Positions 11,921 to 22,246 of a stretch of DNA of 64,000 nt are shown here, in pieces. A program made the translations under genes and the position numbers. This DNA is from Epithemia pelagica (lineage: Eukaryota; Protista; Bacillariophyta). Position 1 is the stretch's first letter, and every line of letters begins with the position of its first letter. The DNA lies in the NCBI GenBank assembly GCA_946965045.2, contig OX337228.1, positions 4,960,001-5,024,000 on the forward strand. The letters run 5' to 3'. The notes below the pieces were generated by a model. The model saw nothing but the letters and a program-made list of their open reading frames with translations. It did not search any database and had not been told where the DNA came from.

Positions 11921-13123
11921 ATGCCTGGGTCGTAAGTGAAAGCTTGTTGTGGCGGTGTTTGGCCAGGACCTTCGTTACAACATCATGTGGTTTTGGTGCG
12001 CAGATTCTCCATCCTCCCTTGGTGGGGATAGAGTCGTGTTTAGACCACAGATGAATGCCATTATGATTCGTGTTGTCCCCACCAACACCAACGGGATCTG
12101 TGTCTCCTCGTGTCTCCTGCACAAAACAAGATTCGTTCTTTGGCAGGATCTTCGCAACTCAACTTCTGAAGAACGACACCTAAAAATCAATCTTCTCACT
12201 TCTCAACGACTCGTCGCATTTTCAGCGATAACAACTTGTTATTGGTTGCAACCACAGCTGCTATTGTAGGAGGAACAACTGTTTATTTACTTTTTCAGAA
12301 CAACATGTTGGGAAGCTCATCTCGCCCTAAAGGCTCGTCAGTTGAAGTGAAGGAAGGAGAGCGGAAGTACTTGATTGGAGGGAACTGGAAGTGCAATGGG
12401 ACGCTGGCTGAAAACGAAAATCGCATAAAGACGTTCAACGAGGCTGGTCCCATTCCTTCCAACTGCGAAGTGGTTGTATGTGCTCCATTCATCCATCTCC
12501 CGCAGCTTTTGACCTCTCTTCGCGATGACATGCAAGTCGGCGCACAAAACTGTGGCAACAACACTGCCAAAGGGGCTTTTACAGGCGAAGTTGGCGCGTT
12601 CCAAGTCAAGGACATCGGCTGCACATGGGTTATCATTGGTCACTCCGAACGCCGTGAAGGGTTCGGAATGGCGGGTGAACCCAGTGACCTTTGCGCCGCG
12701 AAATGTAAGGTTGCCGTGGACACTGGTTTGAATGTTATGTTTGCCATTGGGGAGAAGAAAGAGGAACGCGAAAGTGGAAAGACCATGGATGTTTGTGCCA
12801 GTCAGTTGGAACCTCTTGCCAAAGCCTTGGTCGAGACGGATTGGGCCAAGGTCGCCATCGCTTATGAACCCGTCTGGGCTATCGGAACTGGACTCACCGC
12901 TACTCCTGAAATGGCGCAAGAAACCCATGCAGACATTCGTAAGTGGATCGCAACGAATGTATCTGCCGACGTTGCCAAGTCCGTGCGCATACAATACGGT
13001 GGGTCTATGAAAGGGAAGAACGCCAAGGACCTTCTTTCGCAGCCAGACATTGATGGTGGACTCATCGGAGGAGCTTCGCTTACGGAAGACTTCTTCAATG
13101 TGATCAACGGTGTTCCTAAATAG
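11921..13123 (+). CDS. TPI: Triosephosphate isomerase with N-terminal hydrophobic extension
   Basis: Catalytic motifs GGNWK, IIGHSERR, AYEPVWAIGTG, YGGS and GGLIGGASL. An upstream 11-nt exon ATGCCTGGGTC|gtaagt (11921-11931) splices to ttttcag|C (12226) in frame. Confidence 0.93.
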
Positions 13124-13435
13124 ATGCTATCGGCAGCTTTCTTTTCATGTTCACCATATTAATGAAAATTCTATAAAAGAATCATTGTCAACAGCATTCG
13201 CAAATCTGTAATGAAGCATCTCTATGACTACAATAGAATGCCAAGGAGGTCCACGTGTGTCACCATATCCATTCTCCTGAGCCAACAGGTGGGCAGTGAT
13301 GTATTCTGTTTCCTGGAAACAGAGCAAAGCGCAAGCCTCTAATAAACTATAGAAGGTCACAGAAGCAATCAAGATTCCGGTTAGCAAGCAACCTTTGACA
13401 CCTGCCCTTCTCCATCTTAGCGTCGAAACAGCGAC

Positions 13436-15413
13436 TTAGACTTCAGGTTTCTCAGGACCTTTTGAAACTTGTCCTTGTTCGGATCTTAATGACTTTAGAT
13501 AACGATCTAGACTTTCGCGCTCAACTCGTCTCAGTTCCGCCTCGAGATTGTCGTCAATGGCCAGGCGATCTACAGTCCATGCAACCAAGACGTTGAGAAT
13601 AAATTATGTGTTGATCAAATCATTCTGCAATTTCACTTACCCGCATCAACGCTCATTGGCTCAAGCTCTATGTACTCCGCGCCTGGATACCTTGTGCGAA
13701 TCAACGCTTCCACGGTTCGTACTTCTCTTTCCACTGCTCGCATCACATCTTCCGCGTACAATGCCAATAAGATTTTTAACTCGGAGTCCATCGTGTCCTT
13801 TATTTTCAAGAACTGGAAAATTTACGAGTGCTGTTGAGTCGAATGGAATGAGCAACAAACATTCCCTTCACCACATACCTCATTCTGATAGTCCCTTACT
13901 GTCATGAGCTCCGCTGCAATGGAAGTTCCATCGAAGTCAACTTCCGCTTTATACGAGAAAGTTTCTGGACCAGTCCACTGGCTCTGGACTGAACCAATGC
14001 TATCGATGCTCCTTCTGTTCAAAAGTAAAGAGGCAATATCGTCCGTGATCTCTTTGTCCACACCTTGTCCAAGAAGAAACCGATAATTCATAGAAGCCAA
14101 TGCAAAACCCATCCCACATAACAACGATGATATTGCCACACCAGCAATCCCATCGAAGACTGCATTGCCACTGTAATGTGTAGCCACAATACCACCCAAC
14201 GCCATCACCACTCCTAGGCATGCAGCACCATCCTCGAGCAAAATCGCCAAAGTTGCAGGGTCCCTGATCCTAAGCAAATGCTTCCAAAACGTTCTGCTTT
14301 TAGGCTTGGTTTTGTAAAGTTCTCCAAGAGTCTTTGACAAGACATAACCATCCACAGCTAGACTAAAGATCAGAACACCCCAAACTTCCAAGGTGATCTC
14401 ATGGAGTTTCGGATCCATGATATCACCAATGGCATGAGTCATCGATACGCCGGCTCCAAGGAAGAATGTTCCGAGAGCTGAAACCAATGCCCAAAAGTAG
14501 ACTGACTGTTTGGTAACGGCAATGTCCACACAACGTGAGATCAAAGCAACGCCTGGCCAGATGTTTCATTTCCGACACTCACCTTGCCATATCCGTATGG
14601 ATGTGCCCTGTCTGCGGAGTTTCTCGAATCACGTAAACCAAGCAATAGAAGTCCTTGATTCCCACAATCCACAACAGAGTGTATAAATTCGGATAACATT
14701 CCACTACTACCCGACGATATCCACGCCACAAGCTTGGCTCCGCAAATGAACACATTCCCCATGAGTGCAAGATGAACTGTTTGGGCAGTTTTCAGTCTTG
14801 CCTTTTCTTTTTTCTGAAGCAGTGTCCTCGCGTACCGTGCCTTCGCATCTCGTCCAACAACCGCAGGAAACGTTCGAGGAGGTGAGAAAGGCTTCTGATT
14901 TATTTCCACAGAGGATCTCATTTCTCCAGTCAAATATTTTTCGAAATCGGCGTCCATGGGCTTGCTTAGGGAAAGTTTCTCTAATGTCATTTTCCTTGCT
15001 GCTGGTTTTCCTCGAACATGGCCGTTTTCCTTGTTGATACCTGAACCTGTGCCATTCGACTCATCTTTGGAAGTTGAAATACCGCGGCGGTCATTCATCA
15101 TAAAGCTTGCAAATCCGTAATCTATACAATCAAGCAATGGAGCCAATTTTGATTGAAAGTGCGTTCGTTCATAAGTTCGGTATTTCCAATAACCGTAACC
15201 TCTAAATGTAAGAGGACGGCAAATAGACAATGGTCGATTGCTCCGGTAACCTGAGCTCGATCGAAAGATCAACCGTGGGAAATTAGCGGTGATCCTTCTG
15301 CTCCCACGAAAACAATCAAATATTGAAGTCAATGAGCTATTTCGAGGACATCCAAGAGCAAACGACTGCAACATCGTGGTTGTCTTGAAAATAGGCACTG
15401 CGAATCTAGACAT
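13436..15413 (-). CDS. Cation diffusion facilitator, ZnT9/SLC30A9-like, with probable mitochondrial presequence (4 exons)
   Basis: Exons 14583-15413, 13879-14505, 13641-13812 and 13436-13569. Motifs EFIHSVVDCGNQ, HPYGYGKSVYFW, LLEDGAA, YKAEVDFDG and YIELEP. The N-terminus is Arg/Ser-rich and acid-poor. Confidence 0.88.
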
Positions 15414-15794
15414 CAGGGTGTTGTAAGCGAAGCTTTGAGAGCCGTGGACCAGACAGCCTTTCACAAATTCTGTTTAGGAAACTTCCTGAGATCTTGGCGC
15501 TGGTTCACATGGGCAATCGTTCCGAAACAGAGGGAGCATATCGTACCATTCTCTATGTCGTTAACAAACGACACGGCGGAAAAACTGACTTGAGAGTCCA
15601 GGTATGGTACGCGACCGGATTTCTTATTTACGCGACCAAGTGGTGGTCTTGCATCGACGGCCTGACGACTCCAAAATCCACAACCAACCAATCAACATTA
15701 TTTCATTTTCTCACCACACGAGTAGACTACAATTTTGTCACCATTTCATCCAGGAAAAGGAGATCGGCACTTGTCGAACATAACCTGCATTGTG

Positions 15795-17342
15795 ATGGCG
15801 AAGACCAGTCATCTTAGCGCAATAGATGCTTTAGCGAAGAATCCGGAGTCCCAGGTCGATAAAGATCTGGTTGCCAAGGCTATCAATGCACTTCTGAAAT
15901 ATCATAAAAAGCATGTGTCCGACCATAAGAAGAGCCAGCTATTTGGTGAAAACACCTTGGTGCAAGTCCACTTTAATCTTGAGGTAGCTCCAGTCAAGCA
16001 GAACCCAAAGCCACTACGTCTAGTGATTCCGTATGAGATATACCATGTGACAGACGAAGGCGAAGGAGAAAACCTCGAAGAACCGGAAGTTTGCCTTATC
16101 GTTAAAGATGATGCCAAACCCTGGATACAAGAAATGATCGCGAAGTTTCCCGAGCACATGGGTCACGTGAAGAAGGTCCTTACTTTAGACTCGTTGCGAA
16201 ACAAACATAAAGAATACAAGCAACGCAGAGAGCTCATGCAGCGATATTCAATGTTCATGGCCGATGATCGAATTGTTCCAATGTTGATGAAGGCCCTTGG
16301 CAAAAAATTTTGGGATGCAAATAAGCACCCTATTCCAATCAGGATCACGCGAATGGAAAGCCTACCGCATATGATTCGAACCGCTCTGAGATCAACCTAC
16401 ATGACGCTCAATTCTGGCACTTCTTTAACGGTCAAGGCTGGCTACACTGGTATGGCGACGCATAAATTGGTCGACAACAGCCTTGCCATCGCTGGTCAGG
16501 CGGCGGAAAAGATTCCAAGAGGCTGGGCAAACATTCGCTCGATTGGAATCAGAACTGTTAATTCTGCATTACTCCCTGTTTACAGAAAGACACCGGAACA
16601 ACTGGATGAAATCGCTCGATTGGGGGGTCTCAATGAAGTCTACGTCGACGAAGCTCAAGAAACCACGAACGAAGAGGTAGAACCAGCGACTGAGAGAAAG
16701 GAGGTTAGATCCAAAAGTCTTTTGGTAAAAGCTTTAAAACTTCAGAGAAAATCCGAGACCCGTTCCTCTAAAGGAGATGACAACAAAGACACAAGGAAAT
16801 CAACAAAGAAAGACGGAGATGATGCACCAGGCCAACTCGACATTTCTGGTACAGATAAACAAGAAGATGGTGGCATTCCATCTAAACCTGGCGAGATAAA
16901 AGGCTCTAGCAAGTCAAAGAAAAAGAGAAAGACAACGTCAACGATAGATGCTGATGGCACGAAAAAGTCGACTAAGCTGACGTCCAATGGCGAGACCAGA
17001 GATGAGGACCTTGATTCAGGTAGTCGGAAATCCAAAATGGCCAAGGTAACGGGGGAAAATAGTGACCGAAACCCGCGAAAGGAACTCTCCGTCATTGAGA
17101 AAAAGGAAAAAATTGTACTCTCCAATGACAAGAAGGAAAGGAAGGAATATATAGCGTCCAAATCGTTTTCCAAGTCAAAAGAAGGCTATGTTTACAAACT
17201 GGGAGACATGGGATTGGGGTACTATTTGGACGTCAAACCAATGGTTGATAGAGCCGCAATCGATGCAATAGTGCGTGCGCAACCGAAGGGAAACGGAAAG
17301 CGTCGATCTGCATCCAACGGCAAACGAAGAAAGAGAAGGTAA
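15795..17342 (+). CDS. RSL1D1: Ribosomal L1 domain-containing nucleolar protein (RSL1D1/Cic1/Utp30 family)
   Basis: Motifs VAKAINALLKY, PEVCLIVKD, KVLTLDSLRNKHKEYKQRRELMQRYSMFMADDRI, LGKKF...KHPIPI and WANIRSIGIRT..SALLPVY. Lys/Ser-rich tail with NLS-like ends. Confidence 0.88.
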   Translation: MAKTSHLSAIDALAKNPESQVDKDLVAKAINALLKYHKKHVSDHKKSQLFGENTLVQVHFNLEVAPVKQNPKPLRLVIPYEIYHVTDEGEGENLEEPEVCLIVKDDAKPWIQEMIAKFPEHMGHVKKVLTLDSLRNKHKEYKQRRELMQRYSMFMADDRIVPMLMKALGKKFWDANKHPIPIRITRMESLPHMIRTALRSTYMTLNSGTSLTVKAGYTGMATHKLVDNSLAIAGQAAEKIPRGWANIRSIGIRTVNSALLPVYRKTPEQLDEIARLGGLNEVYVDEAQETTNEEVEPATERKEVRSKSLLVKALKLQRKSETRSSKGDDNKDTRKSTKKDGDDAPGQLDISGTDKQEDGGIPSKPGEIKGSSKSKKKRKTTSTIDADGTKKSTKLTSNGETRDEDLDSGSRKSKMAKVTGENSDRNPRKELSVIEKKEKIVLSNDKKERKEYIASKSFSKSKEGYVYKLGDMGLGYYLDVKPMVDRAAIDAIVRAQPKGNGKRRSASNGKRRKRR

Positions 17343-17766
17343 CTTATGCAGTAATGTTCTGAGCAATGGATAGCATTGTCTCCGCTTTAGTCGTTGGAAA
17401 ATTAGTCCTTGCTCGAACACTCGAACAAGAGCCTTGTGGGGGCTTTTTTCGAGATACAGACATGTCTGGGTAGAAAAACTCTAATACGTCGTAATTATGT
17501 AGGATAAGTGGTACAGAGGTATAATTCTATTTGGTGTGATGCTCGTTTTTCTATCCGAAATCCGAAGGAAGCCCCTATCTCTAAGTGCTCGCATCTCGCA
17601 TGATCTAAAGGACAGCTGTCGTCCCATCGCAGTGTGGAACTGCGGTTGGAAGGCAACTAGGATTCTCTCCCCAGCGGGCGTCCCCAGTCCCAAGTTTTGT
17701 GGTCATCGTCATTTCCGGCTTCCGGCGGATGAGGTGCACATAATCTATAATTCTAATACTGAACAA

Positions 17767-18675
17767 ATGGATTTGGGAGCATGGGGCAATCGTTTGAGAG
17801 AAGCCACTGAAGCTCTGCCGTTCAAAGGTCTGGATGAAATGGCTGCCGAAGATGACTACGTCCACAGCGATGGTCTGAACGTTACACGCCAAGAGGAGAG
17901 AAATGAGAATGAAAAGGGAATGGAGTCCAGCTTATGGCATAAACAGAGCTGTTCTGCCGACAATGGCGAACCACACAGACCGCTGCATACTATGGCCAGT
18001 ATGACAGAATCAAGCGCTGTGTCTCTTTCGGAAAGCATTGCCGACGAAGGCGCCGGCGTTGGACAGAAACGTGACAGTCGAGGACGAGGTTTCAGTGGGT
18101 TGGGTGTTTTAGAAATGGAAAGTTCGGAACATGTTGACGAAGAATCCGAGTATCGGGAAGGCTCCCGTTCGAAACACCGATTCATGGAGGATCTGGATAG
18201 TCGACTGGCTAGAAAAAACCCTCCCACAAAATCCACAGTGACAGCTACTCTGTCGTCTAGCAATGGTAAAGACGCCAACTCATCTAATCACAGGTCAGGG
18301 ATCTGGATCTTTGGCATGAAGAATATGGGCAGACGCGAGACTACACCGCAACCTCACATTGAAGACGCTCAAGATGACGGGGATAGTCTACCGCCGTTGT
18401 CGCGACAGCGAATGTTCCCAAAGAATCAAAGCAAGTCTGAATCTCAGACGTACGAAGTTGTTGCGTCTTCAGGTATGCTCGATGCGGACGATCTCCTGGC
18501 GTTGGAGCAGATAAGGCACTTAAATGAAAGCCAGAATTCTGAGACCACCGTGGTGCAAATCAAGGAAATAATCCAAGGTCATCCACGTGAGTGCTTCATT
18601 GCCTTCACTCTTTGCTTGAGCACTGGTGTATACTTTTACCTTCGTAGTGTCTCAAACGAAGATGATGTGAACTAG
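17767..18675 (+). CDS. Hypothetical low-complexity protein with C-terminal transmembrane segment (tail-anchored candidate)
   Basis: Long ORF with probable ATG at 17767. Acidic/Ser-rich body ending in CFIAFTLCLSTGVYFYL plus 10 residues. Confidence 0.65.
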   Translation: MDLGAWGNRLREATEALPFKGLDEMAAEDDYVHSDGLNVTRQEERNENEKGMESSLWHKQSCSADNGEPHRPLHTMASMTESSAVSLSESIADEGAGVGQKRDSRGRGFSGLGVLEMESSEHVDEESEYREGSRSKHRFMEDLDSRLARKNPPTKSTVTATLSSSNGKDANSSNHRSGIWIFGMKNMGRRETTPQPHIEDAQDDGDSLPPLSRQRMFPKNQSKSESQTYEVVASSGMLDADDLLALEQIRHLNESQNSETTVVQIKEIIQGHPRECFIAFTLCLSTGVYFYLRSVSNEDDVN

Positions 18676-19554
18676 CCACACTCGTATCGGCATCACTCGT
18701 ATATCCCAAATCCCAATATCCCATCGCCCAACTCTGCTCTAGGAGCTAGGAGTAGCTTGTAGGATTTGGAGAGGGTAGGGAGAACTCTTATTGTATTTCT
18801 TATCGATGCCGAATCGCACTTTGCGTATGTGGCCTGACGTGGAGTCCCAGACTTGCACTTTGCGCAAAAAAGAAAAAGAAAAAAGAAAGAATAACCGCAA
18901 GAAGCAAAGGACAAAATCCAAATTCAATTAACAATTAACAGCCGTGATTGTTATTGCGACTTAGACAATCTCTAGCGATCTGTAAACTTGAAAATAACAG
19001 TATTATAGGCAATTAAGTGTACGATTCGTATATGCTATCTTCTATGATGAGTGAACAGTGAACAGCTAGAGTTTAGAAGTCGGAATGCAATCAGCAATGA
19101 GACAGACAGACAGACAGTGCGGCAGATGACCATGTGGCATGTCCGCCCTGCGTCATTGATGTCATCTCTTGTTTCTCATGGTTTCCCAGTACTCAGACAT
19201 GATGACGTGCATGGTTGAAGGACACGAGTACAGAAATGAGAAATCGAACTTCAAACAGCTCTCACTCTATGATCTGATAGTAGAGCGCATTCGCAAACGC
19301 TTATACGATTTTGTGAGGATGGAATCCTCATGCCGTTCTTGTCACAAAATTCAACTTACGCACTCCATCATGACTGACTCTTTGTTTTTGATTCCAGCAG
19401 ATGGTCCTGCAGACAATATAACCAGGAACAGCAAAAATCTGCATATTAGAGGCAAACAACTGCAAAGACATCTCCGACTCACAAAAATCCATAGAGGAGA
19501 ACCAAGAAACATTGAATCAACCAGAATAACAACTTCTGAAGAACCAGAGATAGC

Positions 19555-20741
19555 ATGGTATCGGCGCTAACAGGCCGCCTTTTTTCAAGTGGCGAGTACA
19601 GCTGTGCTGGAAATGATGGAGGAGCAGCATTGAAGAGGAAAAGCGAAGCAGTTGATGTAAGCAGTACGAGTAGGAGCAGTGGCTATGCGGCCGACGTGGA
19701 TCAAGTCGGGAAAGCCCTTCCTCCTTTCTATGTCAATCTTCAAGCAAAGCCGGAAGAGACCAAGTCGATGGTAAACGACGGGAAATTGAACACTGAAATC
19801 AGAGCAGATGGTAGAATCACAGCCGTATCTTCAAAACGACAAAAGATTGTTGAGAAGGACTACCTTGCCCAGAATGCGTTAGCGGAAATCGCTCGTGGCG
19901 GCCTTGCCGTTCCAAAGATGCAGCTTAAATGCCCACGATTGCTCCCACCTCTATGCGGTATCGACATGAGCCGTGTAACACTCATCAAAAGCTCAGAATA
20001 TCCTTTACAGTTCTCTGATCAAAAGACCGCGAACCCAGAAAAGGAAATTTGCGTCCAGTCAATCGTAAGCCTCGCTGAAGCATGCCGCGATTTTTATCAA
20101 ATTCCATGCGATCACAAATCATCAGAACGTTCGGACGACCAAAGTAGTACAAGTTCGGTTACAGACAGCGGCGAGACAGACGCTGGATCGGGAAACAGTG
20201 ATGATGACGATGAAGTTACACGGGGCAAAAAGTCGGCGTTCATGACAATGTGCGACGCACTTTCGTTATGCAAGCAACCTCGGTAAGCTTTCTTTTTCGA
20301 TGTGTAGCTACTCGACCGTAAGACTTGTTGGATGACTCATCTTGATGTTTCTTGTTGCGCACCAGGATTGTTGTCCTGTCCACTTATCCCTTCTCAATAG
20401 TCCATGCAAATGCGGCATACCTCCAAACTACTGGTCTGTCTTCTATGCGGCTTCTTGGTCAACCGTTGCAAGACTTTGTAATTGAAAAGCGCTGGGTTAC
20501 GGCTCTTAACAATGGCAGTGACAGTGCGTTCGACGTCAAACAGATGAACCGTCAAGTTGTCAAAATGCGTACTGGATCGCAGAAAGGGCCACCCTTGCAA
20601 TGCCTCATCATGGCATCTCCCATTGGTATGGCACATGACCGCGTTACTCACTTTGCGCTTGGACTTGAGCCTGTTAACTTGAAAGCCCAGACCCCTGATC
20701 TAGAGGAGCCCTTTACACCGGCCATGACGATTTCCGGTTAA
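19555..20741 (+). CDS. Protein with C-terminal PAS-like domain (2 exons)
   Basis: Exons 19555-20282 and 20366-20741. Splicing gives CKQPRIVVLSTYPFSIVHANAAYLQTTGLSSMRLLGQPL, a PAS N-terminal pattern. The 5' end is uncertain. Confidence 0.6.
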
Positions 20742-21220
20742 ACTTGTGTAAAGGTTGGAAAAAGGCTAAAGTCGATGCTGTGCATATTTCATGAAGTATG
20801 GCGCCGCTCCTCAACATACAAGATGGTGCTGTAATCGGTCTTGGTACTTCAATGACGAAATGACACATACTTGTACATACAACTTTTCGAGGTACTTTGA
20901 CCGTGTATTTGATGAACATATTATTATAAACTCGTACCTGTAAAGCATATTCGGGATACGTGCGATAAACGACAAATTACACATACTACACAACTGGCTT
21001 TCTTCACTGTTGTTCCAGGCTTGAAAACCTCTACACCTTCGTACAACAACGACAAGACCAAAGGTATCCTAGCCCTTATGAACAAACAAGAAAGCCCTGC
21101 GGCATACTAGAAAGTCATTTCATAAGCAGGGACCGCTAGATTTCGCATATATACACTACAAAAATGCGAAATGTCGGTACATTTGTAGATACATTTGCTT
21201 GTCCATATCTCCCAGACGCA

Positions 21221-22246
21221 TCAACCATCAAGAAGCTGTCCCACACCGGGGACAACGATTCTTGCAATGTCTCGGAGGCGTCGAAGGGCTTGTTTTCCGT
21301 CTTCGTCACCGTCAATGGCTGCTTTGTAGTACCAAATGCATGCTTCTTCGTCCGACTGGGGTACTCCACGTGCCTCTTCATATGCTTCACCGACAGAGTA
21401 TTTAGCGGTGGCGTGTCCAAGACAAGCCGCACGCATGTACCAGTCCAATGCCTTTTCATCCGATTGTTCAACCCCACATCCGAGTTCATAGCACAGTGCC
21501 AGTTCATGCATAGCTTCCACGTGTCCGGCATCAGCCGCCTTCGAAAACCATTCAAAGGCAGCAATCACATCGATCGCGGTTTCAAATTGACCGTGTTCGT
21601 ATATTTGCGCCAACTCGAAGGCCGCATTGTTGTCTTGTCCTTGCTCGTGAGAGGCTTTCAACCATGCCACACCCTTTTCGCTATCTTGTGCAACACCCGT
21701 CCCTCTCAGAAAGCAATCTGCGATTTCACGCATAGCGGGAGCAAACGGCTGGACGGGGGAATCTTCATCGTCGGGAAAATGCTGGTTTTCCACGGGGAGT
21801 CTCGTCTCGTCGTCGAAGGCAACGTTTGTGAGGCGAAGCAAATAGTGCATTGCGAGATTTGGGTTTGCTTGCAGGCCGGATGTCCCTCTCAAAAGTGCCT
21901 GCGCAAGACTCCAAGACGCCGATTGACTCTGACCTGCCGAATCTGCCAGTAGATTCTTCCATGAGCGCTGTACGCAAGCCAACTTTGCCAAGTCGCCCCA
22001 ATCGGCATATTCGACCAAACAGAGTTGAACAATCTCAGCAGGAAGCAAGTGGTTGAATGCATTGTCAGTGCCAGAAGAACAAGCGGCATGCACGACTTCA
22101 TCGGCATTGTTGTCGCAGCTCTCAGCCTGTTCTACTTTTCGCAAGCATTGCTGCTCGCCAAAATAGAGCGGAGGTAAGCTAGGATGGCAAGTCTCGGTAG
22201 ATGTTGTCATGGCTGCTTGGGTGGTGGTGTTTGTTGTTGCCGTCAT
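21221..22246 (-). CDS. F-box-like plus SEL1-repeat protein
   Basis: F-box-like LLPAEIVQLCLVEYADWGDLAKLACVQRSWKNL, followed by SEL1 repeats (AFEWFSKAADAGHVEAMHELALCYELGCGVEQSDEKALDWYMRAACLGHATAKYSVGEAYEEARGVPQSDEEACIWYYKAA). Confidence 0.85.
   Translation of the reverse strand: MTATTNTTTQAAMTTSTETCHPSLPPLYFGEQQCLRKVEQAESCDNNADEVVHAACSSGTDNAFNHLLPAEIVQLCLVEYADWGDLAKLACVQRSWKNLLADSAGQSQSASWSLAQALLRGTSGLQANPNLAMHYLLRLTNVAFDDETRLPVENQHFPDDEDSPVQPFAPAMREIADCFLRGTGVAQDSEKGVAWLKASHEQGQDNNAAFELAQIYEHGQFETAIDVIAAFEWFSKAADAGHVEAMHELALCYELGCGVEQSDEKALDWYMRAACLGHATAKYSVGEAYEEARGVPQSDEEACIWYYKAAIDGDEDGKQALRRLRDIARIVVPGVGQLLDG

Noticed and set aside
17428-17449. Hairpin plus T-run resembling a bacterial intrinsic terminator
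   Set aside because: The context is a eukaryotic Pol II locus, the stem needs two G-U pairs, and no tRNA-like Pol III gene lies upstream.
21136-21952. Long alternative-frame ORFs over the SEL1 gene (similar ones overlap TPI, RING and others)
   Set aside because: They overlap well-supported genes and show no domain signal, as expected from codon-usage shadows.
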